This document shows positions 9,395 through 19,120 of a stretch of 60,804 bases of DNA, one piece after another; the stretch's first letter is position 1; every line of letters begins with the position of its first letter. The notes under the pieces were generated by a model. The model was not told the DNA's origin. It did no database searches and saw only the letters and a program-made list of their open reading frames with translations. The translations under genes were made by a program, and so were the position numbers. Where the stretch lies: positions 1 to 60,804 of the forward strand of contig JAYGDX010000322.1 of NCBI GenBank assembly GCA_046582655.1, in the 5' to 3' direction. Source of the DNA: Candidatus Poribacteria bacterium (lineage in GTDB: Bacteria; Poribacteria; WGA-4E; UBA9662).

Positions 9395-11788
9395 CTACAA
9401 CGCTTTTTTAAAAACCTGATCGATTTGATTGACGAAAACAAAATCAAGCCCTTCTTTCGCATCATCTGGAATTTCAATCAGATCCTTCTGGTTCTTTTCA
9501 GGTGCGATGATCACTTTGATTCCCGCTTGCTTAGCCGCCAAAACTTTTTCCTTCAACCCTCCAATCGGCAACACACGTCCTCGCAATGAAATTTCACCTG
9601 TCATAGCAATGTCCGGAGACACCTGTTTTTTTGTGGCTAATGAAACGAGAACAGTAGCAATCGTGATACCTGCGGATGGGCCATCCTTGGGGATCGCGCC
9701 TGCTGGCACATGGATGTGAAAATCGTGTTCCTTGAAAAACTTGGGATCGAAATTAAATTCCTCAGATTTTGAGCTCACACAGCTCATCGCCGCCTTGGCC
9801 GATTCCTGCATGATCTCACCAATCTGGCCAGTTAGCATCAGGTTCCCTTCACCTCTAGTTACCGTTGCCTCGATAAATAGAATTTCTCCACCGTATGGGG
9901 TTACAGACAAACCAGTTGCCACACCGATCTCACCATTGCGTTCAGCAATTTCCGGATAAAATTTGACCGGCCCCAAGTATTGATCTATCTTCTTGGCAGT
10001 GACAATTGTTTTCTGTTCTTCTCCCTGTGCGACACCACGTGCAACTTTTCGACAAATTGTTCCCAACTCTCGCTCAAGGTTACGGAGTCCTGACTCGCGT
10101 GTATAGGATTCAATTATACTGAGTATTCCTGATTTCCTAAATGTAAGATTTGCTTTGGTAAGACCATTCTGGTCTATTTGGCGTGGAACAAGATATTGCT
10201 TGGAAATCATTACCTTTTCGTTTACAGTGTAACCTAGTAGTTCCAATATTTCCATGCGGTCGCGTAAGGCAGGAGGTACTGTGTGCATTTGATTGGCTGT
10301 GGCAATAAACATCACTTTAGATAAATCAAAATCAACATCCAAATAATTATCAACAAACGAGTTGTTTTGTTCTGGATCAAGCACTTCGAGCAAGGCAGAA
10401 CTGGGGTCTCCGCGAAAGTCAGATCCAAGCTTATCTATTTCATCAAGCATAAATATAGGATTATTTGATTCAGCCTGACGTAACCCTTTAATAATCCGCC
10501 CTGGCATAGAACCAATATAGGTTCGTCGATGTCCACAGATTTCTGCTTCATCACGAATCCCTCCCAGTGAAATTCGGACAAATTGACGTCCCATCGACCG
10601 GGCAATCGATTTCCCAAGCGAAGTTTTTCCAACCCCTGGGGGGCCGACAAAACAAAGAATTGGTCCTTTGGCCTCGGGTTTTAACAAACGCACGGCCAGA
10701 AACTCCAGAATCCGATCTTTAACTTTGGTCAAATTATAGTGGTCTTCATCCAGAATTTTCTGTGCTTTGCCGATATCGAGTGAGTCTTCAGTACTCTGGT
10801 CCCAAGGCAGATTTAACATCCAATCCAGATAGTTACGACACACAGTAGCTTCGGGAGAGAATGATTGCATCTGTGAAAGTCTCTTAATCTCCCGTTCAGC
10901 AGCTCTCTGAGCCTTCTCTGGCATATTAATTTCTTCAAGTCTCTGCCGCATTTCCTCAATCTCCACCGACATATCTTCGCTATCACCAAGTTCTTTTTGG
11001 ATAGCCCGCATCTGCTCACGTAAAAAATGCTCACGTTGCAAATCACTGATTTCTGCCTGCGCGTCAGATTGGATCTTGGTTTCAAGTTCTACTACATTTA
11101 ACTCCTTTGTCAGAATCGGCAGGAGGATTTCCATCCTTTCTAACACATTAACTGCGGCTAAAACCTTCTGCCGATCCGGGATCTTAAGCGACACGACCGA
11201 AGCAACATAGTCAGTTAAACGACCCGGACTATCAATGTTTTGGACAACTGCAGCGAACTCTTCCTGATAATGTGGCGAAGTTTCAACAATCTGCGTAAAT
11301 AAATCAACAATACTACGAAGTAAAGCCTCACTCTGGTCGTTCAATTCATATTCTTCTTCTTCAATAATACTGACTCTTGCCTTCATGAATGGTGTATTTT
11401 GCGTTATTTCTTCGATCTTAACTCTTGAGCGTCCTTGTGCAAGAAAAAGAACATTCTCACCATCTTTTTTATATTTTACAATTTGGACCAAGGATCCCAT
11501 TGGGCTGAGATCATCTTTAGCCAAATTATCGGTATCTTTATCCTCACTATGATGAAAGATACAAAGTGCCCGAGGACCGTTCACCATGGCATCCTCAACG
11601 GCGGCAGCAACCTTGACTCCAGAAAGAGCGATGTGGTGTGGTGAAAACGGAGGAATCGGTGGCATATGGGGAAAAACAACAAGATCCCCAGAAACCGGAA
11701 TAATAGGGAATTCATCCACAATATCAACATTCTCCTCATTTTCAGTGTTACTACTATTATTTAACTTGGCTTCACTACTCTGACTCAT
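9395..11788 (-). CDS. lon: ATP-dependent protease La
   Basis: Walker A GPPGVGKTS, LDEIDK, DPSSALLEVLDPEQN, PKDGPSAG catalytic Ser, GGLKEK catalytic Lys. Confidence 0.97.
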   Translation of the reverse strand: MSQSSEAKLNNSSNTENEENVDIVDEFPIIPVSGDLVVFPHMPPIPPFSPHHIALSGVKVAAAVEDAMVNGPRALCIFHHSEDKDTDNLAKDDLSPMGSLVQIVKYKKDGENVLFLAQGRSRVKIEEITQNTPFMKARVSIIEEEEYELNDQSEALLRSIVDLFTQIVETSPHYQEEFAAVVQNIDSPGRLTDYVASVVSLKIPDRQKVLAAVNVLERMEILLPILTKELNVVELETKIQSDAQAEISDLQREHFLREQMRAIQKELGDSEDMSVEIEEMRQRLEEINMPEKAQRAAEREIKRLSQMQSFSPEATVCRNYLDWMLNLPWDQSTEDSLDIGKAQKILDEDHYNLTKVKDRILEFLAVRLLKPEAKGPILCFVGPPGVGKTSLGKSIARSMGRQFVRISLGGIRDEAEICGHRRTYIGSMPGRIIKGLRQAESNNPIFMLDEIDKLGSDFRGDPSSALLEVLDPEQNNSFVDNYLDVDFDLSKVMFIATANQMHTVPPALRDRMEILELLGYTVNEKVMISKQYLVPRQIDQNGLTKANLTFRKSGILSIIESYTRESGLRNLERELGTICRKVARGVAQGEEQKTIVTAKKIDQYLGPVKFYPEIAERNGEIGVATGLSVTPYGGEILFIEATVTRGEGNLMLTGQIGEIMQESAKAAMSCVSSKSEEFNFDPKFFKEHDFHIHVPAGAIPKDGPSAGITIATVLVSLATKKQVSPDIAMTGEISLRGRVLPIGGLKEKVLAAKQAGIKVIIAPEKNQKDLIEIPDDAKEGLDFVFVNQIDQVFKKAL

Positions 11789-12278
11789 CTGTTATAAGTT
11801 CCTTTCGTTCCAAATCTGGGGTTAGCCTCGCATCACTCAATTCGACCACTACAATTTCTTTTGTCTTATGTTTTTCCTTCAAAATGTGTATTTCAAGAAA
11901 ACCATTTTCATATGTGGCAGTCGGCGTCACTTCCTGTTCCAAAACGTTGGGCAGTACCACGGTTCGTTCAAACAGACCGTAGCTTAAACCGGCCTGATGA
12001 TAATGCTGTTTTTTGAGCTCGGTCCTATCCTGTCTGTTACCTCGAATAAGAAGCTTATTGCCTTCAATCTGGATTTTTACGTCTTCATCAGGTCTAATTC
12101 CTGCAACTTCCATTTTGACAACAAAACTATCTGCTGTTTCGTAAATATCGGTTGGAGGTTGCCACAATCCGGCTTCGGTTGGAACATTTGAAGATGATTT
12201 CGTAAAAGAATCAAAAAGACGATCAATTTCCTTTTGCATCTCGAAGAATTCGCCAACCAACTTGCTTTCGAATTTCAA
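11775..12278 (-). CDS. Hsp20/alpha-crystallin small heat shock protein
   Basis: WQPPTDIYET, YGLFERTVVLP, ATYENGFLEIHI; overlaps the lon start. Confidence 0.92.
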   Translation of the reverse strand: MKFESKLVGEFFEMQKEIDRLFDSFTKSSSNVPTEAGLWQPPTDIYETADSFVVKMEVAGIRPDEDVKIQIEGNKLLIRGNRQDRTELKKQHYHQAGLSYGLFERTVVLPNVLEQEVTPTATYENGFLEIHILKEKHKTKEIVVVELSDARLTPDLERKELITDESE

Positions 12279-12303
12279 AACATCTCTCCTTAAATTGTAT
12301 TTT

Positions 12304-14262
12304 TTATGGCCAAAATTGGTACAACGTGGTGTTTGTTAATATACTCCCAATACTCCAAGTACCACCGAAGATATAATCCCCTAAAGCCACTCCTAAAAAA
12401 AATGGGATAGCTCGACGATATAATTTTAAGCCTCCATGACGAAGAATAAGGAGCTTGATCAACCAAACCACTAAAAGACAACTCCATAAGTTTGACATGC
12501 CCCAGCTATTTGCCATCGCATAACCAAGTGGATGAAGTGGCCACCACAAGAATCTGGTACGAAGAATCATTAATGTCGAGGTTAAGCTCAAACCAATTCC
12601 TGCAAAACCCATACCAAGTAAATCGTTATCTTGGCGATAACTCATCCAACTTGTGAGTTGGTTATAGACTTGACGACCGAACCCAAGTGCCCACGGTCCG
12701 TAATACCCTGATTCAGCTCCATACCGATAATAATTGTCAAGGAGTAACCAAAACGTTACGATTGATCCCATAAAAACTGCAACTAAAATTGCAATGGCGA
12801 CCTGTTTAGGATTAATGTTCTGAACGCTTGAAATTTTTAGTGCTTCAAGTTGCTGGGGCATTGGATGCGCACGATAAGCACGATTAAAAAACATATAAAC
12901 CGAAAATGCAATTAAGGTTCCTGTATCAAGTCTACGTGTGCCAAACCCAGTAATGATCATGCTATGCGGATCAATCCTATGCAAATCGTGCACCAAAAAC
13001 CCAAGTTCTGCCCGGAGTCTGGCAATCATAATTGCCAGCAGAAAATAAATGGCAAAAAATATTGGGATTACCCAAAATGCCATACCTATTTTGTACGAAA
13101 AAACCGTCAGAAATGCAAGCCCAATTATAATACCTAAAAAAGCTAAACGGTATGGAATCGGTTCATTATCGTCTTTACCTTCTGTCCCTGCATTTGCATG
13201 ATAGAGTTGTAAAAAGTAATATAGTAGAGTTTTAAAATGTGATCTTCCTACCCAGAGAGCAAACGCCAGCAGGGCGATGTAAGCGCCAAACCCTTGTTCA
13301 TTAGCATATGGAAATCTGGGTAAACTTGGCATTCCAATAATTTTACCAACCATCAACTCAATTTTATAAAGCCAATAAAAGAACCAGCAGGAAAATAGTA
13401 AGTCTAGTGGAATTAAAAAACTGATACCAATAACAAATGGATAAAACGCAACACGGACACCTCCCATTGCATTCCACGGTCGACTGGCGAAATATTGGTG
13501 GATAGATTGTCGTTTAACCGGTATATAGGGCAACTCGGGAAAGATGGAGTTGAGTAAGTTCAGGATGCTGATTAAACTGGCAAGTGCAAAACCAAACCAC
13601 ATCAGTTTGTTTCTGAAAAAGGTGAGTCTTTGACCCGTTACTTCAAGCGCAAGTTGGATGATAGGATAGGTTAATCGTTCCCGTTCCGTCCACTGAATTC
13701 TCAGTAGTGTATTGATACAAAGCATAACAGTTAACAGAACGAATATGAAGGTAATCCACCACAAGGACGGCATAATCCAAGCATTCAAGTTTCCCTTGAG
13801 ATATAATGAGGAAGCCCCTTCGTAATAACCCTTTAGTACCTTCTCATCACTTACTACCAACCACTCTGGAAGCTGACGCCAAAACAGATCGCGCCACTCG
13901 TTTTCTGCTGTCGCAAAACGGAATGGGTGTCCCATCAATGTTACCAAAATCTCAATCATATCATGCGAACAGAGTGAGGAAACAACACATAGCATGATAT
14001 AAACTGTTAGCACTTCTTGTTGGGTTAAGCCGATTTTGGGAGAGATAATTCTGAGACTATAGCCAACTATAACAAGCCAAAAGACAATAAAAATAACATT
14101 GGATAATGGATGGACTAAGGTTGGATGGGTGTATCGGACAACTTCAAGTTGAATGATCCAGAATACATTGACCGGAAAAATGAAGACAGCAATTAAAAGG
14201 GATTTGGCTGTTAGGCCATTGTGGAACTTTTCGGGTGGTTGGTTCATGAAATCTTCTGCCAC
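12304..14262 (-). CDS. DUF6785/DUF6784-type polytopic membrane protein (transporter-like)
   Basis: Many hydrophobic helices; FATAENEW, QWTERERLTYPI, RLRAELG, WPLHPLGYA, PFFLG motifs shared with the two paralogs in the window. Confidence 0.8.
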   Translation of the reverse strand: MAEDFMNQPPEKFHNGLTAKSLLIAVFIFPVNVFWIIQLEVVRYTHPTLVHPLSNVIFIVFWLVIVGYSLRIISPKIGLTQQEVLTVYIMLCVVSSLCSHDMIEILVTLMGHPFRFATAENEWRDLFWRQLPEWLVVSDEKVLKGYYEGASSLYLKGNLNAWIMPSLWWITFIFVLLTVMLCINTLLRIQWTERERLTYPIIQLALEVTGQRLTFFRNKLMWFGFALASLISILNLLNSIFPELPYIPVKRQSIHQYFASRPWNAMGGVRVAFYPFVIGISFLIPLDLLFSCWFFYWLYKIELMVGKIIGMPSLPRFPYANEQGFGAYIALLAFALWVGRSHFKTLLYYFLQLYHANAGTEGKDDNEPIPYRLAFLGIIIGLAFLTVFSYKIGMAFWVIPIFFAIYFLLAIMIARLRAELGFLVHDLHRIDPHSMIITGFGTRRLDTGTLIAFSVYMFFNRAYRAHPMPQQLEALKISSVQNINPKQVAIAILVAVFMGSIVTFWLLLDNYYRYGAESGYYGPWALGFGRQVYNQLTSWMSYRQDNDLLGMGFAGIGLSLTSTLMILRTRFLWWPLHPLGYAMANSWGMSNLWSCLLVVWLIKLLILRHGGLKLYRRAIPFFLGVALGDYIFGGTWSIGSILTNTTLYQFWP

Positions 14263-14410
14263 GGAAGTTTAGATTAGCCTGGATTCAGCATCTGAGGGGA
14301 ACTCCGATACTGATTATCTAGCTAGGCCCTACTTCAGCACCTAGTACCGTTACCACCATCCTATTCAACCGTTTAGAATAAAATCCAATTTTACCAAACG
14401 GACTCTTCAC

Positions 14411-16063
14411 TCACTTGGTATCGATCAAGACCATCTGTCCGTTGTGATCACTGGCCAACTGCTGCAATAATCCAACACCATCATCAGAATGGTCGTTACC
14501 AAGTGCAATGGTCATAATTCTGGTTTGAGATATGTTCCAGCGGCGAACCACTTGGCAAATCTGATCCGGATCTTGTATTCCACGACTTGGATCACCATCA
14601 GACACAACCACCAGAGTTGAAGGTGCTAGCTTTAGCCCATTCTCAATCGCAGCAGATAGATTTGTGCCGGAACCATTTTGTAGCTGATCCAAGAATCGGC
14701 AGGCAGCGCTAACGTTCTCTGGAGTTGCAGTTAACATGCTTTTTGAGTAAAGGTGGACATCAGAATCGAAGGCGATAAAGTTAAATTGATCGTCTGATTT
14801 CAGCATGTTAACCGCATTTTTTAAAACTGAGACAGCAAGTTGCAACCTGTTCTGTCTGCTCATGCTGGATGAAACATCGAGAAGGTATATCACCTCTTGA
14901 GGTCTGCCATCCCGAGTTTTTTCAACGTAATCACCAATGCCAAAGTCATCCTGTTTGCTATGATCTTCTGTCGAGCTAGGATAGATCAAGCCTTTATCTA
15001 GCTCTATTACCATTTCCGTACTCAACTCTTTACAAAGAACCTGATAGTTTTCAAGTGCCTGTCGTGCCAATTCACCATTCAAAATTTGGGGCTGATATTT
15101 AGCTTCAGGATTACCCACCCAGATTGGTATCAGTTCAATCAGTTTTAATCGACCATCAAAAAAGGTGATTTTGGGAGCAACAATCCTCGTATATTGTTTG
15201 TCATAGTTGCCATAAACAAAGTCGGACAAGCTATAAACAATCGGTTTCCCATGGTAAATTTCAGTTCCCTGTAGCATATGAAGTCGTTGACAGAAAACAA
15301 GATCTGCACCAGCATCAACCAACGCATGAGCAAAAAATTGCTGGCGTTTCGTTACCTCTCCTGTTTGCCGAGGTTTTCCCCAATGTGTCATTACCACAAG
15401 TAAGTCAGCCCGTTTTGAAATCCTCCTTACCTTTTCAATCATAGAACTATGAAGTGCGCGAGCGATGAATCCCTCTCCCTGTGTTGCAAAAAAGCGACCA
15501 TGTGAGTATGCCAAAAATGCAACCTGTGCCGTTTTGACACCAAACCAAGCAGGTTTATTCGCTTCCTCTTCCGTCAAACCAGCTCCCACCGTTTTTACCT
15601 GAAAATTATTTAGAAGTTGAATTGTGTCTTCTAAAGCCTCAACACCAAAGTCAAGTAAATGCGGCGTTGTAAGTGAAATTAAATCGAATCCAGCGTTTGA
15701 GACACCACGTGCAAGATCCGGCACGGCACGAAATGCTTTATGGCCCAAACCGTATTTGGGTTCACCTCGATTAGATATGCTTGTATTTAAGGTCGCAACT
15801 GAAATATCGGCAGACTGCACCAAGTCGCTAACTTCCGAAAAGACAATATCAACACCAAATTTCTTTAGAATCGGCGTCAGATCGCTACCAATTGTAATGT
15901 CACCAACAACAATAAGCGAAATTTCTTCGTTTTCGGTGGGAGAAGCAATAGTTAGAGAGATGAAACCAATGGTTAGCTGGAAAAGAACCCCAAATTTCCA
16001 TATCAGAAACTTGAGTTCGGGAACAGTTTGTAGTGACAGCCTATTTAAGAGGGAAACTTTCAA
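14411..16063 (-). CDS. CapA/PgsA-family metallophosphoesterase-like domain fused to a C-terminal von Willebrand factor A domain
   Basis: VVGDI, HLLDFG, VGAG, HWG, LVDAGADLV, GKPIVYSL (CapA); VIYLLDVSSSM, GTNL, VVSDG (vWA MIDAS). Confidence 0.82.
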   Translation of the reverse strand: MKVSLLNRLSLQTVPELKFLIWKFGVLFQLTIGFISLTIASPTENEEISLIVVGDITIGSDLTPILKKFGVDIVFSEVSDLVQSADISVATLNTSISNRGEPKYGLGHKAFRAVPDLARGVSNAGFDLISLTTPHLLDFGVEALEDTIQLLNNFQVKTVGAGLTEEEANKPAWFGVKTAQVAFLAYSHGRFFATQGEGFIARALHSSMIEKVRRISKRADLLVVMTHWGKPRQTGEVTKRQQFFAHALVDAGADLVFCQRLHMLQGTEIYHGKPIVYSLSDFVYGNYDKQYTRIVAPKITFFDGRLKLIELIPIWVGNPEAKYQPQILNGELARQALENYQVLCKELSTEMVIELDKGLIYPSSTEDHSKQDDFGIGDYVEKTRDGRPQEVIYLLDVSSSMSRQNRLQLAVSVLKNAVNMLKSDDQFNFIAFDSDVHLYSKSMLTATPENVSAACRFLDQLQNGSGTNLSAAIENGLKLAPSTLVVVSDGDPSRGIQDPDQICQVVRRWNISQTRIMTIALGNDHSDDGVGLLQQLASDHNGQMVLIDTK

Positions 16064-16207
16064 GCTTTTTGAGGTGAAAATTAGATTTTGATCTAGGAAT
16101 TATCAAAAAAATCAAGACTTGGATTGAGATAAGCGGGACAAATACAACTGACTAAGGAATTTATACGAAACCTGATACGCAAAACAGGTTTTATACTACA
16201 ATTTCTC

Positions 16208-17254
16208 TTAATAATTAAATAGATTCTCTTGAGAATGATCAAAGGAATCCTGTGATGTGGATGGTGTCTGATTCTGCTGAAACTCTCGCATGATACACGA
16301 TACAATATCTTCAGTATAAGCTTGTGCGTTAATTGACTTTTGGTTTGCTTCCCACGCCATCCGGGCAGCGGACTCAAAATATTCTGCATGACGGTATGCG
16401 TCCAGTATATCGTTGCCACGCGAAAAGGTCCCATGTCCAATCCAGTAAATCACATGACGGTAACTTGAACGCTGATCCGCTGGTAAATCCTCACAGGTAA
16501 ATAGGCGTAAACTTTCAAGGGAAAGATCCGGAATTCCCGGCGCCTTTTCCATGACCAGCCCAATTCCACCGGATTGATCATATATAATCGGCGTTTCCGG
16601 TTCATATCCCCTCAGGAAATTATAGAACCGAGATGGGTCCCCATGTTCCGATCGAGAGATCAAATTCAAAAATTTGGGCTGTAAATGAACAAGTGCATTA
16701 AAACCGTTATCACCTAGCTGATCAAATATCAGCATATAATGAAAAAATTCACTTGTCGGTTTTGGAGCCTCAACCTGCATTTGATCTAATTGCTGGATCG
16801 ATGGTGTACCCAAACGCATCCGGTAGTGACAACCATCATCTTCGACTTCAAGCACTGTAACATTAAGTGATGGATGTTCAATGGCAATCATATCAAGCCG
16901 ACACCCTGACTTACTCAAGAGCACATGTCGTCCGGCCAAGTTCTTTACCGTTATTGCCGGAGGAAGTTGATAACGCGGAGAATGATTAATCGGCAACAGA
17001 TAATTCTCACTGACACGCTTGCGCAATAAATAACCCACATTTCCAGCTGATCCCCACAAATACCCATGGGAATGTGAGTGACTTCCAATCCAGCCCATTT
17101 GCCCAATAATCATTCCCATTTCACTATCTGGACAAATTTGCGCAGGTGAAGGCTGATAACCGCGTTCGCACCACTCTTTATACCGATAACTCTTATCGAG
17201 GGGAGGCGACTGGTTGCCAGCCAAATAGATGTTCCCTAACTCAAATTCACTCAT
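16208..17254 (-). CDS. Class II aldolase, rhamnulose-1-phosphate aldolase (RhaD)-like
   Basis: WGSAGN, LLSKSG, PTSE, VHLQP, E-x-PII...GIGL...PG, WIGHG, AEYFESAA line up with RhaD-type motifs. Confidence 0.7.
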   Translation of the reverse strand: MSEFELGNIYLAGNQSPPLDKSYRYKEWCERGYQPSPAQICPDSEMGMIIGQMGWIGSHSHSHGYLWGSAGNVGYLLRKRVSENYLLPINHSPRYQLPPAITVKNLAGRHVLLSKSGCRLDMIAIEHPSLNVTVLEVEDDGCHYRMRLGTPSIQQLDQMQVEAPKPTSEFFHYMLIFDQLGDNGFNALVHLQPKFLNLISRSEHGDPSRFYNFLRGYEPETPIIYDQSGGIGLVMEKAPGIPDLSLESLRLFTCEDLPADQRSSYRHVIYWIGHGTFSRGNDILDAYRHAEYFESAARMAWEANQKSINAQAYTEDIVSCIMREFQQNQTPSTSQDSFDHSQENLFNY

Positions 17255-17263
17255 CTCATTTTT

Positions 17264-17551
17264 TTACTTCTGATACCTGATCTCTCCATTTATCTCAACT
17301 GTATCAACAATCGCCACTATTGCTGCGTCAACTGGTTTTCCGGTTGTCGCTTCAGTATATCTGGCAGAACTACCACTCACCGTTAGAACGATTTCTCCTA
17401 CCCCCGCACCAACAGAATCAACAGCAACGGTATACTGCCTAATGAGCTCATTATCAAGGTCAATTTCTTGAACTATCATCAACCCGTTTCCAGTTAGCTT
17501 TTCGTCCTTGCGCGTCGCAACGACTGTACCAACAACTTTACCAAGTGTCAT
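17264..17551 (-). CDS. eutN: EutN/CcmL bacterial microcompartment pentamer (BMC-P vertex) protein
   Basis: MTLGKVVGTVVATRKDEKLTG...AVDSVGAGVGEIVL...GSSAR...PVDAAIVAIVD. Confidence 0.93.
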   Translation of the reverse strand: MTLGKVVGTVVATRKDEKLTGNGLMIVQEIDLDNELIRQYTVAVDSVGAGVGEIVLTVSGSSARYTEATTGKPVDAAIVAIVDTVEINGEIRYQK

Positions 17552-17633
17552 AAAATAATCAAGAATATCCGGCTAATATAGCTTTTAAAATAGCAAACTG
17601 CGACTTTATATAATTGAAGGAAGCCTATGGCAA

Positions 17634-17662
17634 ATATTAAACTGGAGCTTGGTAAATGTCAA
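17634..17662 (-). promoter_or_regulatory. Putative sigma70 promoter for the eutN-aldolase transcript
   Basis: Minus strand TTGACA-17 nt-TAATAT, about 80 nt upstream of eutN. Confidence 0.5.
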
Positions 17663-17820
17663 GTTATAAGTCCCCCTATGCCTATTGAAATGATTGAACG
17701 GTGCCATAAGCTGATAATCACTTTCAACTTTTAATTTGGAGCCAATATTGAAAAAGAGTATAATCATTATCTATAATGCTTTCGTCTATATTAATAATCT
17801 CCGTTTAAGGGCACTTTTCA

Positions 17821-19119
17821 ATGAGGATTAGTGAGGGTATACTTGCAGGCATTGCCGCTATTCTGGCAAATAAGCTCAGGACAGCACTAACAATGCTTGG
17901 CATTATCATTGGGGTTGGTTCTGTTTTGGCGATGATTTCCATCGGAGATGGGGCTAAAGCAATCGTGATGGAAGAGGCTAACCGCTTTGGCGGTGCGGAT
18001 CAATTCTCGCTCTATCGTAGTAATCACATCCGAAAAGGGGGTCGCTGGATCCGGAATCGTAGTAAAGAATACTTTACCTATGCTGATGTCCTGGCCATCG
18101 AGGCGGAAGCTCCATCCGTCGAAACTGTGGTACCACGCATTCCAGTTTGGGGAGGCTCAACCATCCAAGGGGAAGACGGCAACGAAATACGGGCTGGGTA
18201 CCATGGTATCACACCAACCCTCCAGACAAGTATGGATTGGGATCTACACTCTGGTCGGTTTATCACCGATGACGATGTCCAGAATAAAGCCCGCGTTTGT
18301 GTGGTGGGTTTCAAGCTAATTGACGAACTGTTTATGGGTCAAGACCCCATCGGCAAAGAAATTAAAATTATTCATGGAACGGGTTATCGACCCGGGCGAA
18401 GATCCTCAAATACCCGACGGGCTGAACGCCTAACGGTTGTTGGCGTGATGACTCCACGTGGAACCAGCATCCGTTACGGTTGGGATATGGACAATCACGT
18501 CTTCATGCCACTTTCCACCATGCAGGATCGCTTCACTGGTGATGATCGGGTTACCATGCTATCCGTCCAAGCTAAAAATGTAGATCTGGTCTATCAAGCG
18601 GCAGAAGAAGTCAAGACCGTGATGCGGAGATACCACAATGGTGAAGATGAGTTTTTCAGGACGCGATTTACGGTTGAGAGTGTAGATACGCTTGATCGAA
18701 TAAGTAAAGTGCTGCAAATTACGTTGAGCGTAATCGCCTTTGTTTCACTAGCGGTAGGAGGCATTGGCATCATGAATATGATGCTGGTTTCGGTCAACGA
18801 ACGAACACGAGAGATTGGGCTGCGCAAAGCTATCGGAGCCAAACAAGGAGATATTCTCTTTCAATTCCTGGCGGAATCAACTGCTATGTGCAGCATTGGT
18901 GGGGCCCTTGGCGTTTTTCTGGGGCTTGGTCTCGGTTACTTCGCCTCCAAATTGGCTTCTAGATTGGTGACCATCGTTGATCAGTGGCCGTTTGTTTTTG
19001 CTATTGAGTGGGTTGTGATTTCACTGGCTTTTTCGGCTGCAATTGGTATTGGCTTTGGCCTCTACCCAGCCTTTCGAGCGGCTAATCTTCAACCTGTGGA
19101 GGCCCTGCGGATAGAGTAA
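17821..19119 (+). CDS. MacB/FtsX-family ABC transporter permease
   Basis: NKLRTALTMLGIIIGV, large periplasmic domain, GGIGIMNMMLVSVNERTREIGLRKAIGA, GLYPAFRAANLQPVEALR; no nucleotide-binding domain. Confidence 0.93.
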   Translation: MRISEGILAGIAAILANKLRTALTMLGIIIGVGSVLAMISIGDGAKAIVMEEANRFGGADQFSLYRSNHIRKGGRWIRNRSKEYFTYADVLAIEAEAPSVETVVPRIPVWGGSTIQGEDGNEIRAGYHGITPTLQTSMDWDLHSGRFITDDDVQNKARVCVVGFKLIDELFMGQDPIGKEIKIIHGTGYRPGRRSSNTRRAERLTVVGVMTPRGTSIRYGWDMDNHVFMPLSTMQDRFTGDDRVTMLSVQAKNVDLVYQAAEEVKTVMRRYHNGEDEFFRTRFTVESVDTLDRISKVLQITLSVIAFVSLAVGGIGIMNMMLVSVNERTREIGLRKAIGAKQGDILFQFLAESTAMCSIGGALGVFLGLGLGYFASKLASRLVTIVDQWPFVFAIEWVVISLAFSAAIGIGFGLYPAFRAANLQPVEALRIE

Positions 19120-19120
19120 A

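Noticed and set aside
14411..16063. Poly-gamma-glutamate capsule locus
   Set aside because: No capB or capC nearby, and the CapA domain is degenerate.
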